Under the pieces are notes generated by a model that had not been told where the DNA came from, made no database searches, and was given only the letters and a program-made list of their open reading frames with translations. Below, piece after piece: positions 1 to 15,000 of a stretch of DNA of 64,000 nucleotides. Both the position numbers and the translations under genes were made by a program. The stretch is taken from the NCBI RefSeq assembly GCF_963921235.1, contig NC_086100.1, positions 84,320,001-84,384,000 on the forward strand. Reading direction: 5' to 3'. The DNA comes from Mobula hypostoma. Taxonomy: Eukaryota. How positions within the stretch are numbered: position 1 is the first letter of the stretch; every line of letters begins with the position of its first letter.

Positions 1-3000
1 ATTGTGGACAGGATGTGTGGAATGGAGTTTGGTCTGTGGACAGGATATGTGGACTAAGTTTGGATTGTGGACAGGTGTTTGGATTGTGGACAGGAGATTG
101 GATTGTGGACAGAATGTGTGGAGTGGAGTTTCGATTGTGGACAGCATGTGTGCAGTGGAGATTGGTTTGTGGCAGGATTTGTGGAGTGGAATTTGGCTTG
201 TGGACAGGAGGGGTGGAATGGAGTTTGGACTGTGGACAGGATGTGTGGACTGGAGTTTGGATTGTGAACAGGATGTGTGCATTCAAGCTGAAGTTTGTAT
301 TATGGACAGAATGTGTGGAATGGAGTTTGGATTGTTAACAGGATATGTGGTGTGGAGGTTGGATTGTGGACAGGCTGTGCGGAGTGGAGTTTGGCTTGTG
401 GAAAGGATGTGTGGAATGGAGTTTGGACTGTGGACAGGATATGTGGAGTAGAGTTTGGATTGTGGACAGTATATGTGGACTGAGTTTGGATTGTGGACAG
501 GTGTTTGGATTGTGGACAGGAGATTGGATTGTGGACAGAATGTGTGGAGTGGTGTTTCGATTGTGGACAGGATGTAAGGAGTGGAGATTGGATTGTGGCA
601 GGATTTGTGGAGTGGAGTTTGGCTTGTGGACAGGAGGTGTGGAATGGAGTTTGGACTGTGGACGGGATGTGTGTACTGGAGTTTGGATTGTGGAATTGAT
701 GTGTGGATTCAAGCTGAAGTTTGGATTATGGACAGAATGTGTTGAATGGAGTTTGGTTTGTGTACAGGCTGTGTGGACTGGAGTTTGGATTGTGGACAGA
801 ATGTGTGGAGTGGAGTTTGGATTGCTAACAGGATATGTGGTGTGGAGTTTGGATTGTGGACAGGATGTGTGGAGAGGTGTTTGGATTGTGGACAGAATGT
901 GTGGAATGGAGTTTGGACTGTGGACAGGATGTGTGGACTGGAGTTTGGATTGTGGACAAGATTTGTGGAGTGTAGTTTGGCCTGTGAACTGCATGTGCGT
1001 AATGGAGTTTGGATTGTGGACAGGATTTGTGGAGTGTAACTGAAGTTTGGATTGTTGACAGGGCGTGTTGAATGGAGTTTGTATTGTGGACAGGATGTGT
1101 GGCCTGGAACTGACGTTTGGATTGTTGACATTATGTGTGGAGTTGAGTTTGGCTTGTGGAAAGGATGTGTGGAATGGAGTTTAGACTGTGGACAGGATGT
1201 GTGGACTGGAGCTTGTATTGTGGATTGGATTTGTGGAGTGGAGTTTGTATTGTGGACAGGATTTGAGGACTGCAGTTTGGATTGCGGACAGGATGTGTGG
1301 ACTGGAACTGGAGTTTCGACTGTGGACAGTGCATGTGGACTGGAACTGGAATTTGGATTTTGGACAGGATGTATGGACTGGAGTTTGGATTGTGGATAGG
1401 ATTTGTGGAGTGGAGTTTGTATTGTGGACAGGATTTGAGGACTGAAGTTTGCATTGCGGACAGGATGTGTGGACTGGAACTGGAGTTTGGATTGTGGACA
1501 GGACATGTGGACTGGAACTGGAATTTGGATTTTGGATAGGATGTGTGGACTGAAGTTTGGACTGTGCAGAGGATGTGTGGACTGGAGATTGGATTGTGGA
1601 CAGGATTTGTGGACTGAAGTTTGGATTGTGGACAGGATGTGTGGACTGGAACTGGAGTTTAGATTGTGGACAGGAAATGTTGGCTGGAACTGGAATTTGG
1701 ATTGTGGATAGGATGTGTGGACTGGAGTTTGGATTGTGGACAAGATTTGTGGACTGGAGTTTGGCCTGTGAACTGCATGTGCGGAATGGAGTTTGGATTG
1801 TGGACAGGATGTGTGGACTGGAGTTTGGATTGTGGACTGGATGTGTGGAGTGAATTTTGGAATGTGGACAGGGTTTGTGGAGTGGAACTGGAATTTGGAT
1901 TGTGGACAGGATTTGTGGACTGGAACTGGAGTTTATATTGTGGACAGGACATGTGGACTGGAACTGGAGTTTGGATTGTGGACAGGATGTGTGGACTGGA
2001 GATTGGCTTGTGGACAGGTTGTGTGGAGAGGAGTTTCTATTGGGGATAGGATTTGTGGACTGGAACTGAAGTTTGGATTGTGGACATGATTTCTGGAGTG
2101 GAGTTTCGATTGGGGACAGGATTTGTGGACTGGAACTGACGTTTGGATTGTGGACATGATGTGTGGAGTGGAGTTTGGATTGTGGACAGGATTTGTGGAG
2201 TGGAGTTTGGCTTGTGGACAGGATGTGTGGAATGGAGTTTGGATTGTGGACAGGGCTTGTTGAATGGAGTTTGTTTTGTGGACAGGATGTGTGGACTGGA
2301 ACTGAAGTTTGGATTGTGGATATTATGTGTGGAGTGGATTTTTGATTGTGGACAGGCTGTGTGGAGTGGAGTTTGGCTTGTGCAAAGGATGTGTGGAATG
2401 GAGTTTGGACTGTGGACAGGATGTATGGACTGGAGATTGGATTGTAGACAGGATGTGTGGACTGGAGTTTGGATTGTGGACAGGTTGTGTGGAGTGGAGT
2501 TTGTATTGTGGACAGGATTTGAGGACTGAAGTTTGGATTGCGGACAGGATGTGTGGACTGGAACTGGAGTTTGAATTGTGGACAGGGCATGTGGACTGGA
2601 ACCGGAATTTGGATTTTGGACAGGATGTATGTACTGGAGTTTGGATTGTGGATAGGATTTGTGGAGTGGAGTTTGTATTGTGGACGGGATTTGAGGAGTG
2701 GAGTTTTGCCTGTGGACTGCATGTGCGGAATGGAGTTTGGATTGTGGACAGGATGTGTGGACTGGAGTTTGGATTGTGGACAGGATGTGTGGAGTAAAGC
2801 TAGAGATTGGATTGTGGACAGGATGTGCGGAGTTGAGCTGCAGTTTGGATTGCGGACAGGATGTGTGGAGTGGAGTTTGGATTGTGGACAGGATGTGTGG
2901 AATGGAGTTTGGTCTGTGGACAGGATATGTGGACTAAGTTTGGATTGTGGACAGGTGTTTGGATTGTGGACAGGAGATTGGATTGTGGACAGAATGTGTG

Positions 3001-6000
3001 GAGTGGAGTTTCGATTGTGGACAGCATGTGTGCAGTGGAGATTGGTTTGTGGCAGGATTTGCGGAGTGGAATTTGGCTTGTGGACAGGAGGGGTGGAATG
3101 GAGTTTGGACTGTGGACAGGATGTGTGGACTGGAGTTTGGATTGTGAACAGGATGTGTGCATTCAAGCTGAAGTTTGTATTATGGACAGAATGTGTGGAA
3201 TGGAGTTTGGATTGTTAACAGGATATGTGGTGTGGAGGTTGGATTGTGGACAGGCTGTGCGGAGTGGAGTTTGGCTTGTGGAAAGGATGTGTGGAATGGA
3301 GTTTGGACTGTGGAGAAGATGTGTGGACTGGAGATTGGATTGTGGACAGGTTGTGTGGAGTGGAGCTTGGATTGTGGAAAGGATGTGTGGAATGGAGTTT
3401 CGACTGTGGAGAGGATGTGTGGACTGGAGATTGGATTGTGGACAGGTGTTTGGATTGTGGACAGGAGATTGGATTGTGGACAGAATTTGTGGAGTGGAGT
3501 TTGGTTTGTGGACAGGCTGTGTGAACTGGAGTTTGCATTGTGGACAGAATGTGTGGAGTGGAGTTTGGATTGTTAACAGGCTATGTGGTGTGGAGGTTGG
3601 ATTGTGGACAGGCAGTGTGGAGTGGAGTTTGGCTTGTGGAAAGGATGTGTGGAATGGAATTTGGACTGTGGAGAAGATGTGTGGACTGGAGATTGGATTG
3701 TGGACAGGTTGTGTGGAGTGGAGCTTGGATTGTGGAAAGGATGTGTGGAATGGAGTTTCGACTGTGGAGAGGATGTGTGGACTGGAAATTTGATTGTGGA
3801 CAGGTTGTGTGGAGTGGAGTTTGTATTGTGGACAGGATTTGTGGACTGGAGTTTGGATTGTGGACAGGATGTGTGGAGTGGAGTTTGGATTGTGGACAGG
3901 ATGTGTGGACTGAAGTTTGTATTGTGGACAGGATGTTTGGACTGGAGTTTGGATTGTGGACAGGATTTGTGGAGTGGAGTTTGGATTGTGGACAGGATGT
4001 GTGGAATGGAGTTTGGTCTGTGGACAGGATATGTGGACTAAGTTTGGATTGTGGACAGTTGTTTGGATTGTGGACAGGAGATTGGATTGTGGACAGAATG
4101 TGCGGAGTGAAGTTTCGATTGTGGACAGCATGTGTGCAGTGGAGATTGGATTGTGGCAGGATCTGTGGAGTGGAATTTGGCTTGTGGACAGGAGGTGTGG
4201 AATGGAGTTTGGACTGTGGACAGGATGTGTGGACTGGAGTTTGGATTGTAGACAGGATGTATGGACTGGAATTTGGATTGTGGACAGAATGTGTGGATTC
4301 AAGCTGAAGTTTGGATTATGGACAGAATGTGTGGAATGGAGTTTGGTTTGTGGACAGGCTGTGTGGACTGGAGTTTGGATTGTGGACAGAATGTGTGGAG
4401 TGGAGTTTGGATTGTTAGCAGGCTATGTGGTGTGGAGGTTGGATTGTGGACAGGCTGTGTGGAGTGGAGTTTGGCTTGTGGAAAGGATGTGTGGAATGGA
4501 GTTTGGACTGTGGAGAAGATGTGTGGACTGGAAATTTGATTGTGGACAGGTTGTGTGGAGTGGAGTTTGTATTGTGGACAGGATTTGTGGACTGAAGTTT
4601 GGATTGTGGACAGGATGTGTGGACTGGTGTTTGGATTGTGGACAGGATTTGTGGACTGAAGTTTGTATTGTGGACAAGATGTTTGGACTGGAGTTTGGAT
4701 TGTTGACAGGGCGTGTTGAATGGAGTTTCTTTTGTGGACAGGATATGTGGACTGGAACTGAAGTTTGGATTGTGGACATTATGTGTGGAGTGGAGTTTGG
4801 CTTGTGGAAAGGATGTGTGGAATGGAGTTTGGACTGTGGACGGGATGTGTGGACTGGAGATTGGATTTTGGACAGGATGTGTGGAGTGGAGCTTGGATTG
4901 TGGAAAGGATGTGTGGAATGGAGTTTCGACTGTGGAGAGGATGTGTGGACTGGAAATTTGATTGTGGACAGGTTGTGTGGAGTGGAGTTTGTATTGTGGA
5001 CAGGATTTGTGGACTGAAGTTTGGATTGTGGACAGGATGTGTGGACTGGAGTTTGGATTGTGGACAGGATTTGTGGACTGAAGTTTGTATTGTGGACAGG
5101 ATGTTTGAACTGGAGTTTGGATTGTGGACAGGATTTGTGGAGTGGAGTTTGGATTGTGGACAGGATGTGTGGAATGGAGTTTGGTCTGTGGACAGGATAT
5201 GTGGACTAAGTTTGGATTGTGGACAGGTGTTTGGATTGTGGACAGGAGATTGGATTGTGGACAGAATGTGCGGAGTGGTGTTTCGATTGTGGACAGCATG
5301 TGTGCAGTGGAGATTGGATTGTGGCAGGATCTGTGGAGTGGAATTTGGCTTGTGGACAGGAGGTGTGGAATGGAGTTTGGACTGTGGACAGGATGTGTGG
5401 ACTGGAGTTTGGATTGTGAACAGGATGTGTGGATTCAGGCTGAAGTTTAGATTATGGACAGAATGTGTGGAATGGAGTTTGGTTTGTGGACAGGCTGTGT
5501 GGACTGGAGTTTGGATTGTGGACAGAATGTGTGGAGTGGAGTTTGGATTGTTAACAGGCTATGTGGTGTGGAGGTTGGATTGTGGACAGGCTGTGTGGAG
5601 TGGAGTTTGGCTTGTGGAAAGGATGTGTGGAATGAAGTTTGGACTGTGGAGAAGATGTGTGGACTGGAAATTTGATTGTGGACAGGTTGTGTGGAGTGGA
5701 GTTTGGATTGTGGACAGGATGTGTGGACTGGTGTTTGGATTGTGGACAGGATTTGTGGACTGAAGTTTGGATTGTGGACAGGATGTGTGGACTGGTGTTT
5801 GGATTGTGGACAGGATTTGTGGACTGAAGTTTGTATTGTGGACAGGATGTTTGGACTGGAGTTTGGATTGTTGACAGGGCGTGTTGAATGGAGTTTGTAT
5901 TGTGGACAGGATATGTGGACTGGAACTGAAGTTTGGATTGTGGACATTATGTGTGGAGTGGAGTTTGGCTTGTGGAAAGGATGTGTGGAATGGAGTTTGG

Positions 6001-9000
6001 ACTGTGGACGGGATGTGTGGACTGGAGATTGGATTGTGGACAGGATGTGTGGAATGGAGTTTGGACTGTGGACAGGACATGTGGAGTAGAGTTTGGATTG
6101 TGGACAGGATATGTGGACTGAAGTTTGGATTGCAGACACGATGTGTGGACTGGAACTGGAGTTTGGATTGTGGATAGGACATGTGGACTGGAACAGAAAT
6201 TTGGATTTTGGACAGGATGTGTGGACTGGAGTTTGGATTGTGGATAGGATTTGTGGAATGGAGTTTGTATTGTGGACAGGATTTGAGGACTGAAGTTTGG
6301 ATTGCGGACAGGATGTGTGGACTGGAACTGGAGTTTGGATTGTGGTCAGGACATGTGGACTGGAACTGGAATTTGGATTTTGGACAGGATGAGTGGACTG
6401 GAGGTTGGATTGTGGACAAGATTTGTGGAGTGGAGTTTGGCCAGTGAACTGCATGTGCGGAATGGAGTTTGGATTGTGGACAGGATGTGTGGACTGGAGT
6501 TTGGATTGTGGACTGGATGTGTGGAGTGAATTTTGGATTGTGGACAGGATTTGTCGAGTGGAACTGGAATTTGGATTGTGGACTGGATGTGTGGAGTGAA
6601 TTTTGGATTGTGGATAGTATTTGTGGAGTCGAACTGGAATTTGGATTGTGGACAGGATTTGTGGACTGGAACTGGAGTTTAGATTGTGGACATGTCATGT
6701 GGACTGGAACTGGAATTTGGATTTTGGACAGGATGTGTGGACTGAAGTTGGGATTGTTGACAGGATTTGTGGAGTGGAGTTTGGCCTGTGGACTCCATGT
6801 GCGGAATGGAGTTTGGATTGTGGACAGGATGTGTGGACTGGAGTTTGGATTGTGGACTGGATGTGTGGAGTGAATTTTGGAATGTGGACAGGGTTTGTGG
6901 AGTGGAACTGGAATTTGGATTGTGGACAGGATTTGTGGACTGGAACTGGAGTTTATATTGTGGACAGGACATGTGGACTGGAACTGGAGTTTGGATTGTG
7001 GACAAGATGTGTGGACTGGAGATTGGCTTGTGGACAGGTTGTGTGGAGAGGAGTTTCTATTGGGGATAGGATTTGTGGACTGGAACTGAAGTTTGGATTG
7101 TGGACATGATTTCTGGAGTGGAGTTTCGATTGGGGACAGGATTTGTGGACTGGAACTGACGTTTGGATTGTGGACATGATGTGTGGAGTGGAGTTTGGAT
7201 TGTGGACAGGATTTGTGGAGTGGAGTTTGGCTTGTGGACAGGATGTGTGGAATGGAGTTTGGATTGTGGACAGGGCTTGTTGAATGGAGTTTGTTTTGTG
7301 GACAGGATGTGTGGACTGGAACTGAAGTTTGGATTGTGGATATTATGTGTGGAGTGGATTTTTGATTGTGGACAGGCTGTGTGGAGTGGAGTTTGGCTTG
7401 TGCAAAGGATGTGTGGAATGGAGTTTGGACTGTGGACAGGATGTATGGACTGGAGATTGGATTGTAGACAGGATGTGTGGACTGGAGTTTGGATTGTGGA
7501 CAGGTTGTGTGGAGTGGAGTTTATATTGTGGACAGGATTTGAGGACTGAAGTTTGGATTGCGGACAGGATGTGTGGACTGGAACTGGAGTTTGAATTGTG
7601 GACAGGGCATGTGGACTGGAACCGGAATTTGGATTTTGGACAGGATGTATGTACTGGAGTTTGGATTGTGGATAGGATTTGTGGAGTGGAGTTTGTATTG
7701 TGGACGGGATTTGAGGAGTGGAGTTTTGCCTGTGGACTGCATGTGCGGAATGGAGTTTGGATTGTGGACAGGATGTGTGGACTGGAGTTTGGATTGTGGA
7801 CAGGATGTGTGGAGTAAAGCTAGAGATTGGATTGTGGACAGGATGTGCGGAGTTGAGCTGCAGTTTGGATTGCGGACAGGATGTGTGGAGTGGAGTTTGG
7901 ATTGTGGACAGGATGTGTGGAATGGAGTTTGGTCTGTGGACAGGATATGTGGACTAAGTTTGGATTGTGGACAGGTGTTTGGATTGTGGAAAGTAGATTG
8001 GATTGTGGACAGAATGTGTGGAGTGGAGTTTCGATTGTGGACAGCATGTGTGCAGTGGAGATTGGTTTGTGGCAGGATTTGTGGAGTGGAATTTGGCTTG
8101 TGGACAGGAGGGGTGGAATGGAGATTGGACTGTGGTCAGGATGTGTGGACTGGAGTTTGGATTGTGAACAGGATGTGTGCATTCAAGCTGAAGTTTGTAT
8201 TATGGACAGAATGTGTGGAATGGAGTTTGGATTGTTAACAGGATATGTGGTGTGGAGGTTGGATTGTGGACAGGCTGTGCGGAGCGGAGTTTGGCTTGTG
8301 GAAAGGATGTGTGGAATGGAGTTTGGACTGTGGAGAAGATGTGTGGACTGGAGATTGGATTGTGGACAGGTTGTGTGGAGTGGAGCTTGGATTGTGGAAA
8401 GGATGTGTGGAATGGAGTTTCGACTGTGGAGAGGATGTGTGGACTGGAGATTGGATTGTGGACAGGTGTTTGGATTGTGAACAGGAGATTGGATTGTGGA
8501 CAGAATTTGTGGAGTGGAGTTTGGTTTGTGGACAGGCTGTGTGGACTGGAGTTTGGATTGTGGACAGAATGTGTGGAGTGGAGTTTGTATTGTGGACAGG
8601 ATGTTTGGACTGGAGTTTGGATTGTGGACAGGATTTGTGGAGTGGAGTTTGGATTGTGGACAGGATGTGTGGAATGGAGTTTGGTTTGTGGACAGGATAT
8701 GTGGACTAAGTTTGGATTGTGGACAGGTGTTTGGATTGTGGACAGGAGATTGGATTGTGGACAGAATGTGCGGAGTGGTGTTTCGATTGTGGACAGCATG
8801 TGTGCAGTGGAGATTGGATTGTGGCAGGATCTGTGGAGTGGAATTTGGCTTGTGGACAGGAGGTGTGGAATGGAGTTTGGACTGTGGACAGGATGTGTGG
8901 ACTGGAGTTTGGATTGTGAACAGGATGTGTGGATTCAAGCTGAAGTTTGGATTATGGACAGAATGTGTGGAATGGAGTTTGGTTTGTGGACAGGCTGTGT

Positions 9001-12000
9001 GGACTGGAGTTTGGATTGTGGACAGAATGTGTGGAGTGGAGTTTGGATTGTTAACAGGCTATGTGGTGTGGAGGTTGGATTGTGGACAGGCTGTGTGGAG
9101 TGGAGTTTGGCTTGTGGACAGGAGGTGTGGAATGGAGTTTGGACTGTGGATGTGTGGACTGGAAATTTGATTGTGGACAGGTTGTGTGGAGTGGAGTTTG
9201 TATTGTGGACAGGATTTGTGGACTGAAGTTTGGATTGTGGACAGGATGTGTGGACTGGTGTTTGGATTGTGGACAGGATTTGTGGACTGAAGTTTGTATT
9301 GTGGACAGGATGTTTGGACTGGAGTTTGGATTGTTGACAGGGCGTGTTGAATGGAGTTTGTATTGTGGACAGGATATGTGGACTGGAACTGAAGTTTGGA
9401 TTGTGGACATTATGTGTGGAGTGGAGTTTGGCTTGTGGAAAGGATGTGTGGAATGGAGTTTGGACTGTGGACGGGATGTGTGGACTGGAGATTGGATTGT
9501 GGACAGGATGTGTGGAATGGAGTTTGGACTGTGGACAGGACATGTGGAGTAGAGTTTGGATTGTGGACAGGATATGTGGACTGAAGTTTGGATTGCAGAC
9601 ACGATGTGTGGACTGGAACTGGAGTTTGGATTGTGGATAGGACATGTGGACTGGAACTGAAATTTGGATTTTGGACAGGATGTGTGGACTGGAGTTTGGA
9701 TTGTGGATAGGATTTGTGGAATGGAGTTTATATTGTGGACAGGATTTGAGGACTGAAGTTTGGATTGCGGACAGGATGTGTGGACTGGAACTGGAGTTTG
9801 GATTTTGGTCAGGACATGTGGACTGGAACTGGAATTTGGATTTTGGACAGGATGAGTGGACTGGAGTTTGGATTGTGGACAAGATTTGTGGAGTGGAGTT
9901 TGGCCAGTGAACTGCATGTGCGGAATGGAGTTTGGATTGTGGACAGGTGTTTGGATTGTGGACAGGAGATTGGATTGTGGACAGAATGTGCGGAGTGGTG
10001 TTTCGATTGTGGACAGCATGTGTGCAGTGGAGATTGGATTGTGGCAGGATCTGTGGAGTGGAATTTGGCTTGTGGACAGGAGGTGTGGAATGGAGTTTGG
10101 ACTGTGGACAGGATGTGTGGACTGGAGTTTGGATTGTGAACAGGATGTGTGGATTCAAGCTGAAGTTTGGATTATGGACAGAATGTGTGGAATGGAGTTT
10201 GGTTTGTGGACAGGCTGTGTGGACTGGAGTTTGGATTGTGGACAGAATGTGTGGAGTGGAGTTTGGATTGTTAACAGGCTATGTGGTGTGGAGGTTGGAT
10301 TGTGGACAGGCTGTGTGGAGTGGAGTTTGGCTTGTGGAAAGGATGTGTGGAATGGAGTTTGGACTGTGGACGGGATGTGTGCACTGGAGATTGGATTGTG
10401 GACAGGATGTGTGGAATGGAGTTTGGACTGTGGACAGGACATGTGGAGTAGAGTTTGGATTGTGGACAGGATATGTGGACTGAAGTTTGGATTGCAGACA
10501 CGATGTGTGGACTGGAACTGGAGTTTGGATTGTGGATAGGACATGTGGACTGGAACTGAAATTTGGATTTTGGACAGGATGTGTGGACTGGAGTTTGGAT
10601 TGTGGATAGGATTTGTGGAATGGAGTTTATATTGTGGACAGGATTTGAGGACTGAAGTTTGGATTGCGGACAGGATGTGTGGACTGGAACTGGAGTTTGG
10701 ATTTTGGTCAGGACATGTGGACTGGAACTGGAATTTGGATTTTGGACAGGATGAGTGGACTGGAGTTTGGATTGTGGACAAGATTTGTGGAGTGGAGTTT
10801 GGCCAGTGAACTGCATGTGCGGAATGGAGTTTGGATTGTGGACAGGATGTGTGGACTGGAGTTTGGATTGTGGACTGGATGTGTGGAGTGAATTTTGGAT
10901 TGTGGACAGGATTTGTGGAGTGGAACTGGAATTTGGATTGTGGACTGGATGTGTGGAGTGAATTTTGGATTGTGGACAGGATTTGTGGAGTGGAACTGGA
11001 ATTTGGATTGTGGACAGGATTTGTGGACTGGAACTGGAGTTTAGATTGTGGGCAGGTCATGTGGACTGGAACTGTAATTTGGATTTTGGACAGGATGTGT
11101 TGACTGAAGTTGGGATTGTTGACAGGATTTGTGGAGTGGAGTTTGGCCTGTGGACTCCATGTGCGGAATGGAGTTTGGATTGTGGACAGGATGTGTGGAC
11201 TGGAGTTTGGATTGTGGACAGGATGTGTGGACTGCAGTTTGGATTGCGGACAGGATGTGTGGAGTGGAGTTTGGATTGTGGACAGGATGTGTGGAATGGA
11301 GTTTGGACTGTGGACAGGATATGTGGAGTAGAGTTTGGTTTGAGGACAGTATATGTGGACTGAGTTTGGATTGTGGACAGGTGTTTGGATTGTGGACAGG
11401 AGATTGGATTGTGGACAGAATGTGTGGAGTGGTGTTTCGATTGTGGACAGGATGTGTGTAGTGGAGATTGGATTGTGGCAGGATTTGTGGAGTGGAGTTT
11501 GGCTTGTGGACAGGAGGTGTGGAATGGAGTTTGGTCTGTGGACGGGATGTGTGGACTGGAGTTTGGATTGTGGACAGAATGTGTGGAGTGGAGTTTGGAT
11601 TGCTAACAGGATATGTGGTGTGGAGTTTGGCTTGTGGAAAGGATGTGTGGAATGGAGTTTGGACTGTGGACAGGACATGTGGAGTAGAGTTTGGATTGTG
11701 GACAGGATATGTGGACTGAAGTTTGGATTGCGGACACGATGTGTGGACTGGAACTGGAGTTTGGATTGTGGATAGGACATGTGGACTGGAACTGAAATTT
11801 GGATTTTGGACAGGATGTGTGGACTGGAGTTTGGATTGTGGATAGGATTTGCAGAGTGGAGTTTGTATTGTGGACAGGATTTGAGGACTGAAGTTTGGAT
11901 TGCGGACAGGATGTGTGGACTGGAACTGGAGTTTGGTTTGTGGTCAGGACATGTGGACTGGAACTGGAATTTGGATTTTGGACAGGATGAGTGGACTGGA

Positions 12001-15000
12001 GTTTGGATTGTGGACAAGATTTGTGGAGTGGAGTTTGGCCAGTGAACTGCATGTGCGGAATGGAGTTTGGATTGTGGACAGGATGTGTGGACTGGAGTTT
12101 GGATTGTGGACTGGATGTGTGGAGTGAATTTTGGATTGTGGACAGGATTTGTGGAGTGTAACTGGAATTTGGATTGTGGACTGGATGTGTGGAGTGGATT
12201 TTGGATTGTAGACAGGATTTGTGGAGTGGAACTGGAATTTGGATTGTGGACAGGATTTGTGGACTGGAACTGGAATTTGGATTTTGGACAGGATGTGTTG
12301 ACTGAAGTTTGGATTGTTGACAGGATTTGTTGAGTGGAGTTTGGCCTGTGGACTGCATTTGCGGAATGGAGTTTGGATTGTGGACAGGATGTGTGGACTG
12401 GAGTTTGGATTGTGGACAGGATGTGTGGAGTAAAGCTAGAGATTGGATTGTGGACAGGATGTGCGGAGTTGAGCTGCAGTTTGGATTGTGGACAGGATGT
12501 GTGCAATGCAGTTTGGACTGTGGACAGGATGTGTGGAGTAGAGTTTGGATTGTGGACAGTATATGTGGACTGAGTTTGGATTGTGGACAGGTGTTTGGAT
12601 TGTGGACAGGAGATTGGATTGTGGACAGAATGTGTGGACTGGTGTTTCGATTGTGGACAGGATGTGTGCAGTGGAGATTGGATTGTGGGCAGGATTTGTG
12701 GAGTGGAGTTTGGCTTGTGGACAGGAGGTGTGGAATGGAGTTTGGACTGTGGACGGGATGTGTGGACTGGAGTTTGGATTGTGGAATTGATGTGTGGATT
12801 CAAGCCGAAGTTTGGATTATGGACAGAATGTGTTGAATGGAGCTTGGTTTGTGTACAGGCTTGGTGGACTGGAGTTTGGATTGTGGACAGAATGTGTGGA
12901 GTGGAGTTTGGATTGCTAACAGGATATGTGGTGTGGAATTTGGATTGTGGACAGGATGTGTGGAGAGGTGTTTGGATTGTGGACAGAATGTGTGGAATGG
13001 AGTTTGGACTGTGGACAGGATGTGTGGATTGGAGTTTGTATTGTGGACAGGATGTGTGGACTGGAACTGAAGTTTGGACTGTGGAGAGGATGTGTGGACT
13101 GGAGATTGGATTGTGGACAGGTTGTGTGGAGTGGAGTTTGTATTGTGGACAGGATATGTGGACTGAAGTTTGGATTGTGGACAGGATGTGCGGACTGGAA
13201 CTGGAGTTTAGATTTTGGACAGGACATGTTGGTTGTAACTGGAATTTGGATTGTGGACAGGATGTGTGGACTGGAGTTTGGATTGTGGACAAGATTTGGG
13301 GATTGGAGTTTGGCCTGTGAACTGCATGTGTGGAATGGAGTTTGGATTGTGGACAGGATGTGTGGACTGGAGTTTGGATTGTGGACTGGATGTGTGGAGT
13401 GAATTTTGGATTGTGGACAGGATTTGTGGAGTGGAACTGGAATTTGGATTGTGGACAGGATTAGTGGACTGGAACTGGAGTTTAGATTGTGGACAGGACA
13501 TGTGGACTGGAACTGGAATTTGGATTGTGGACAGGATGTGTGGACTGGAGATTGGATTGTGGACAGGTTGTGTGGAGTGGAGATTGTATTGGGGACAGGG
13601 CTTGTTGAATGGAGTTTGTTTTGTGGACAGGATGTGTGGACTGGAACTGAAGTTAGGATTGTGGACATTATGTGTGGAGTGGATTTTGGATTGTGGACAT
13701 GCTGTGTGGAGTGGAGTTTGGCTTATGCAAAGGATGTGTGGAATGGAGTTTGGACTGTGGACAGGATGTATGGACTGGAGATTGGATTGTGGACAGGATG
13801 AGTGGTCTGGAGCTTGGATTGTGGACAGGTTGTGTGGAGTGGAGTTTGTATTGTGGACAGGATTAGAGGACTGAAGTTTGGATTGCGGACAGGATGTGTG
13901 GACTGGAACTGGAGTTTGGATTGTGGACTGGATCTGGAATTTGGATTTTGGACAGGATTTATGTACTGGAGTTTGGATTGTGGATAGGATTTGTGGAGTG
14001 GAGTTTGGACTGTGGACAGGATTTGTGGATTGGAGTTTGGCTTGTGGAAAGGATGTGTGGAATGGAGTTTGGACTGTGGAGAGGGTGTGTGGACTGGAGA
14101 TTGGATTGTGGACATGATTTGTGGACTGAAGTTTGGATTGTGGACAAGATTTGTGGACTGGAGTTTGGCCTGTGAACTGCATGTGCGGAATGGAGTTTGG
14201 ATTGTTGAGAGGGCGTGTTGAATGGAGTTTGTATTGTGGACAGGATGTGTGGACTGGAACTGAAGTTTGGATTGTGGACATTATGTGTGGAGTGGAGTTT
14301 GGCTTGTGGAAAGGATGTGTGGAATGGAGTTTGGACTGTGGACAGGATATGTGGAGTAGAGTTTGGATTGCGGACAGGATATGTGGACTGAAGTTTGGAT
14401 TGCGGACACGATGTGTGGACTGGAACTGGAGTTTGGATTGTGGATAGGACATGTGGACTGGAACTGAAATTTGGATTTTGGACAGGATGTGTGGACTGGA
14501 GTTTGGATTGTGGATAGGATTTGTGGAGTGGAGTTTGTATTGTGGACAGGATTTGAGGACTGAAGTTTGGATTGCGGACAGGATGTGTGGACTGGAACTG
14601 GAGTTTGGATTGTGGACAGGACATGTGGACTGGAACTGGAATTTGGATCGTGGACAGGATGTGTGGACTGGAGTTTGGATTGTGGACTGGATGTGTGGAG
14701 TGGAATTTGTATTGTGGACAGGATTTGTGGATTGAAGTTTGGATTGTGGACAGGATGTGTGGACTGGAACTGGAGTTTAGATTGTGGTCAGGACATGTGG
14801 ACTGGAACTGGAATTTGGATTTTGGACAGGATGAGTGGACTGGAGTTTGGATTGTGGACAAGATTTGTGGAGTGGAGTTTGGCGAGTGAACTGCATGTGT
14901 GGAATGGAGTTTTGATTGTGGACAGGATGTGTGGAGTAAAGCTAGAGTTTGGATTGTGGACAGGTTGTGCCGAATGGAGTTTGGACTGTGGACAGGATAT

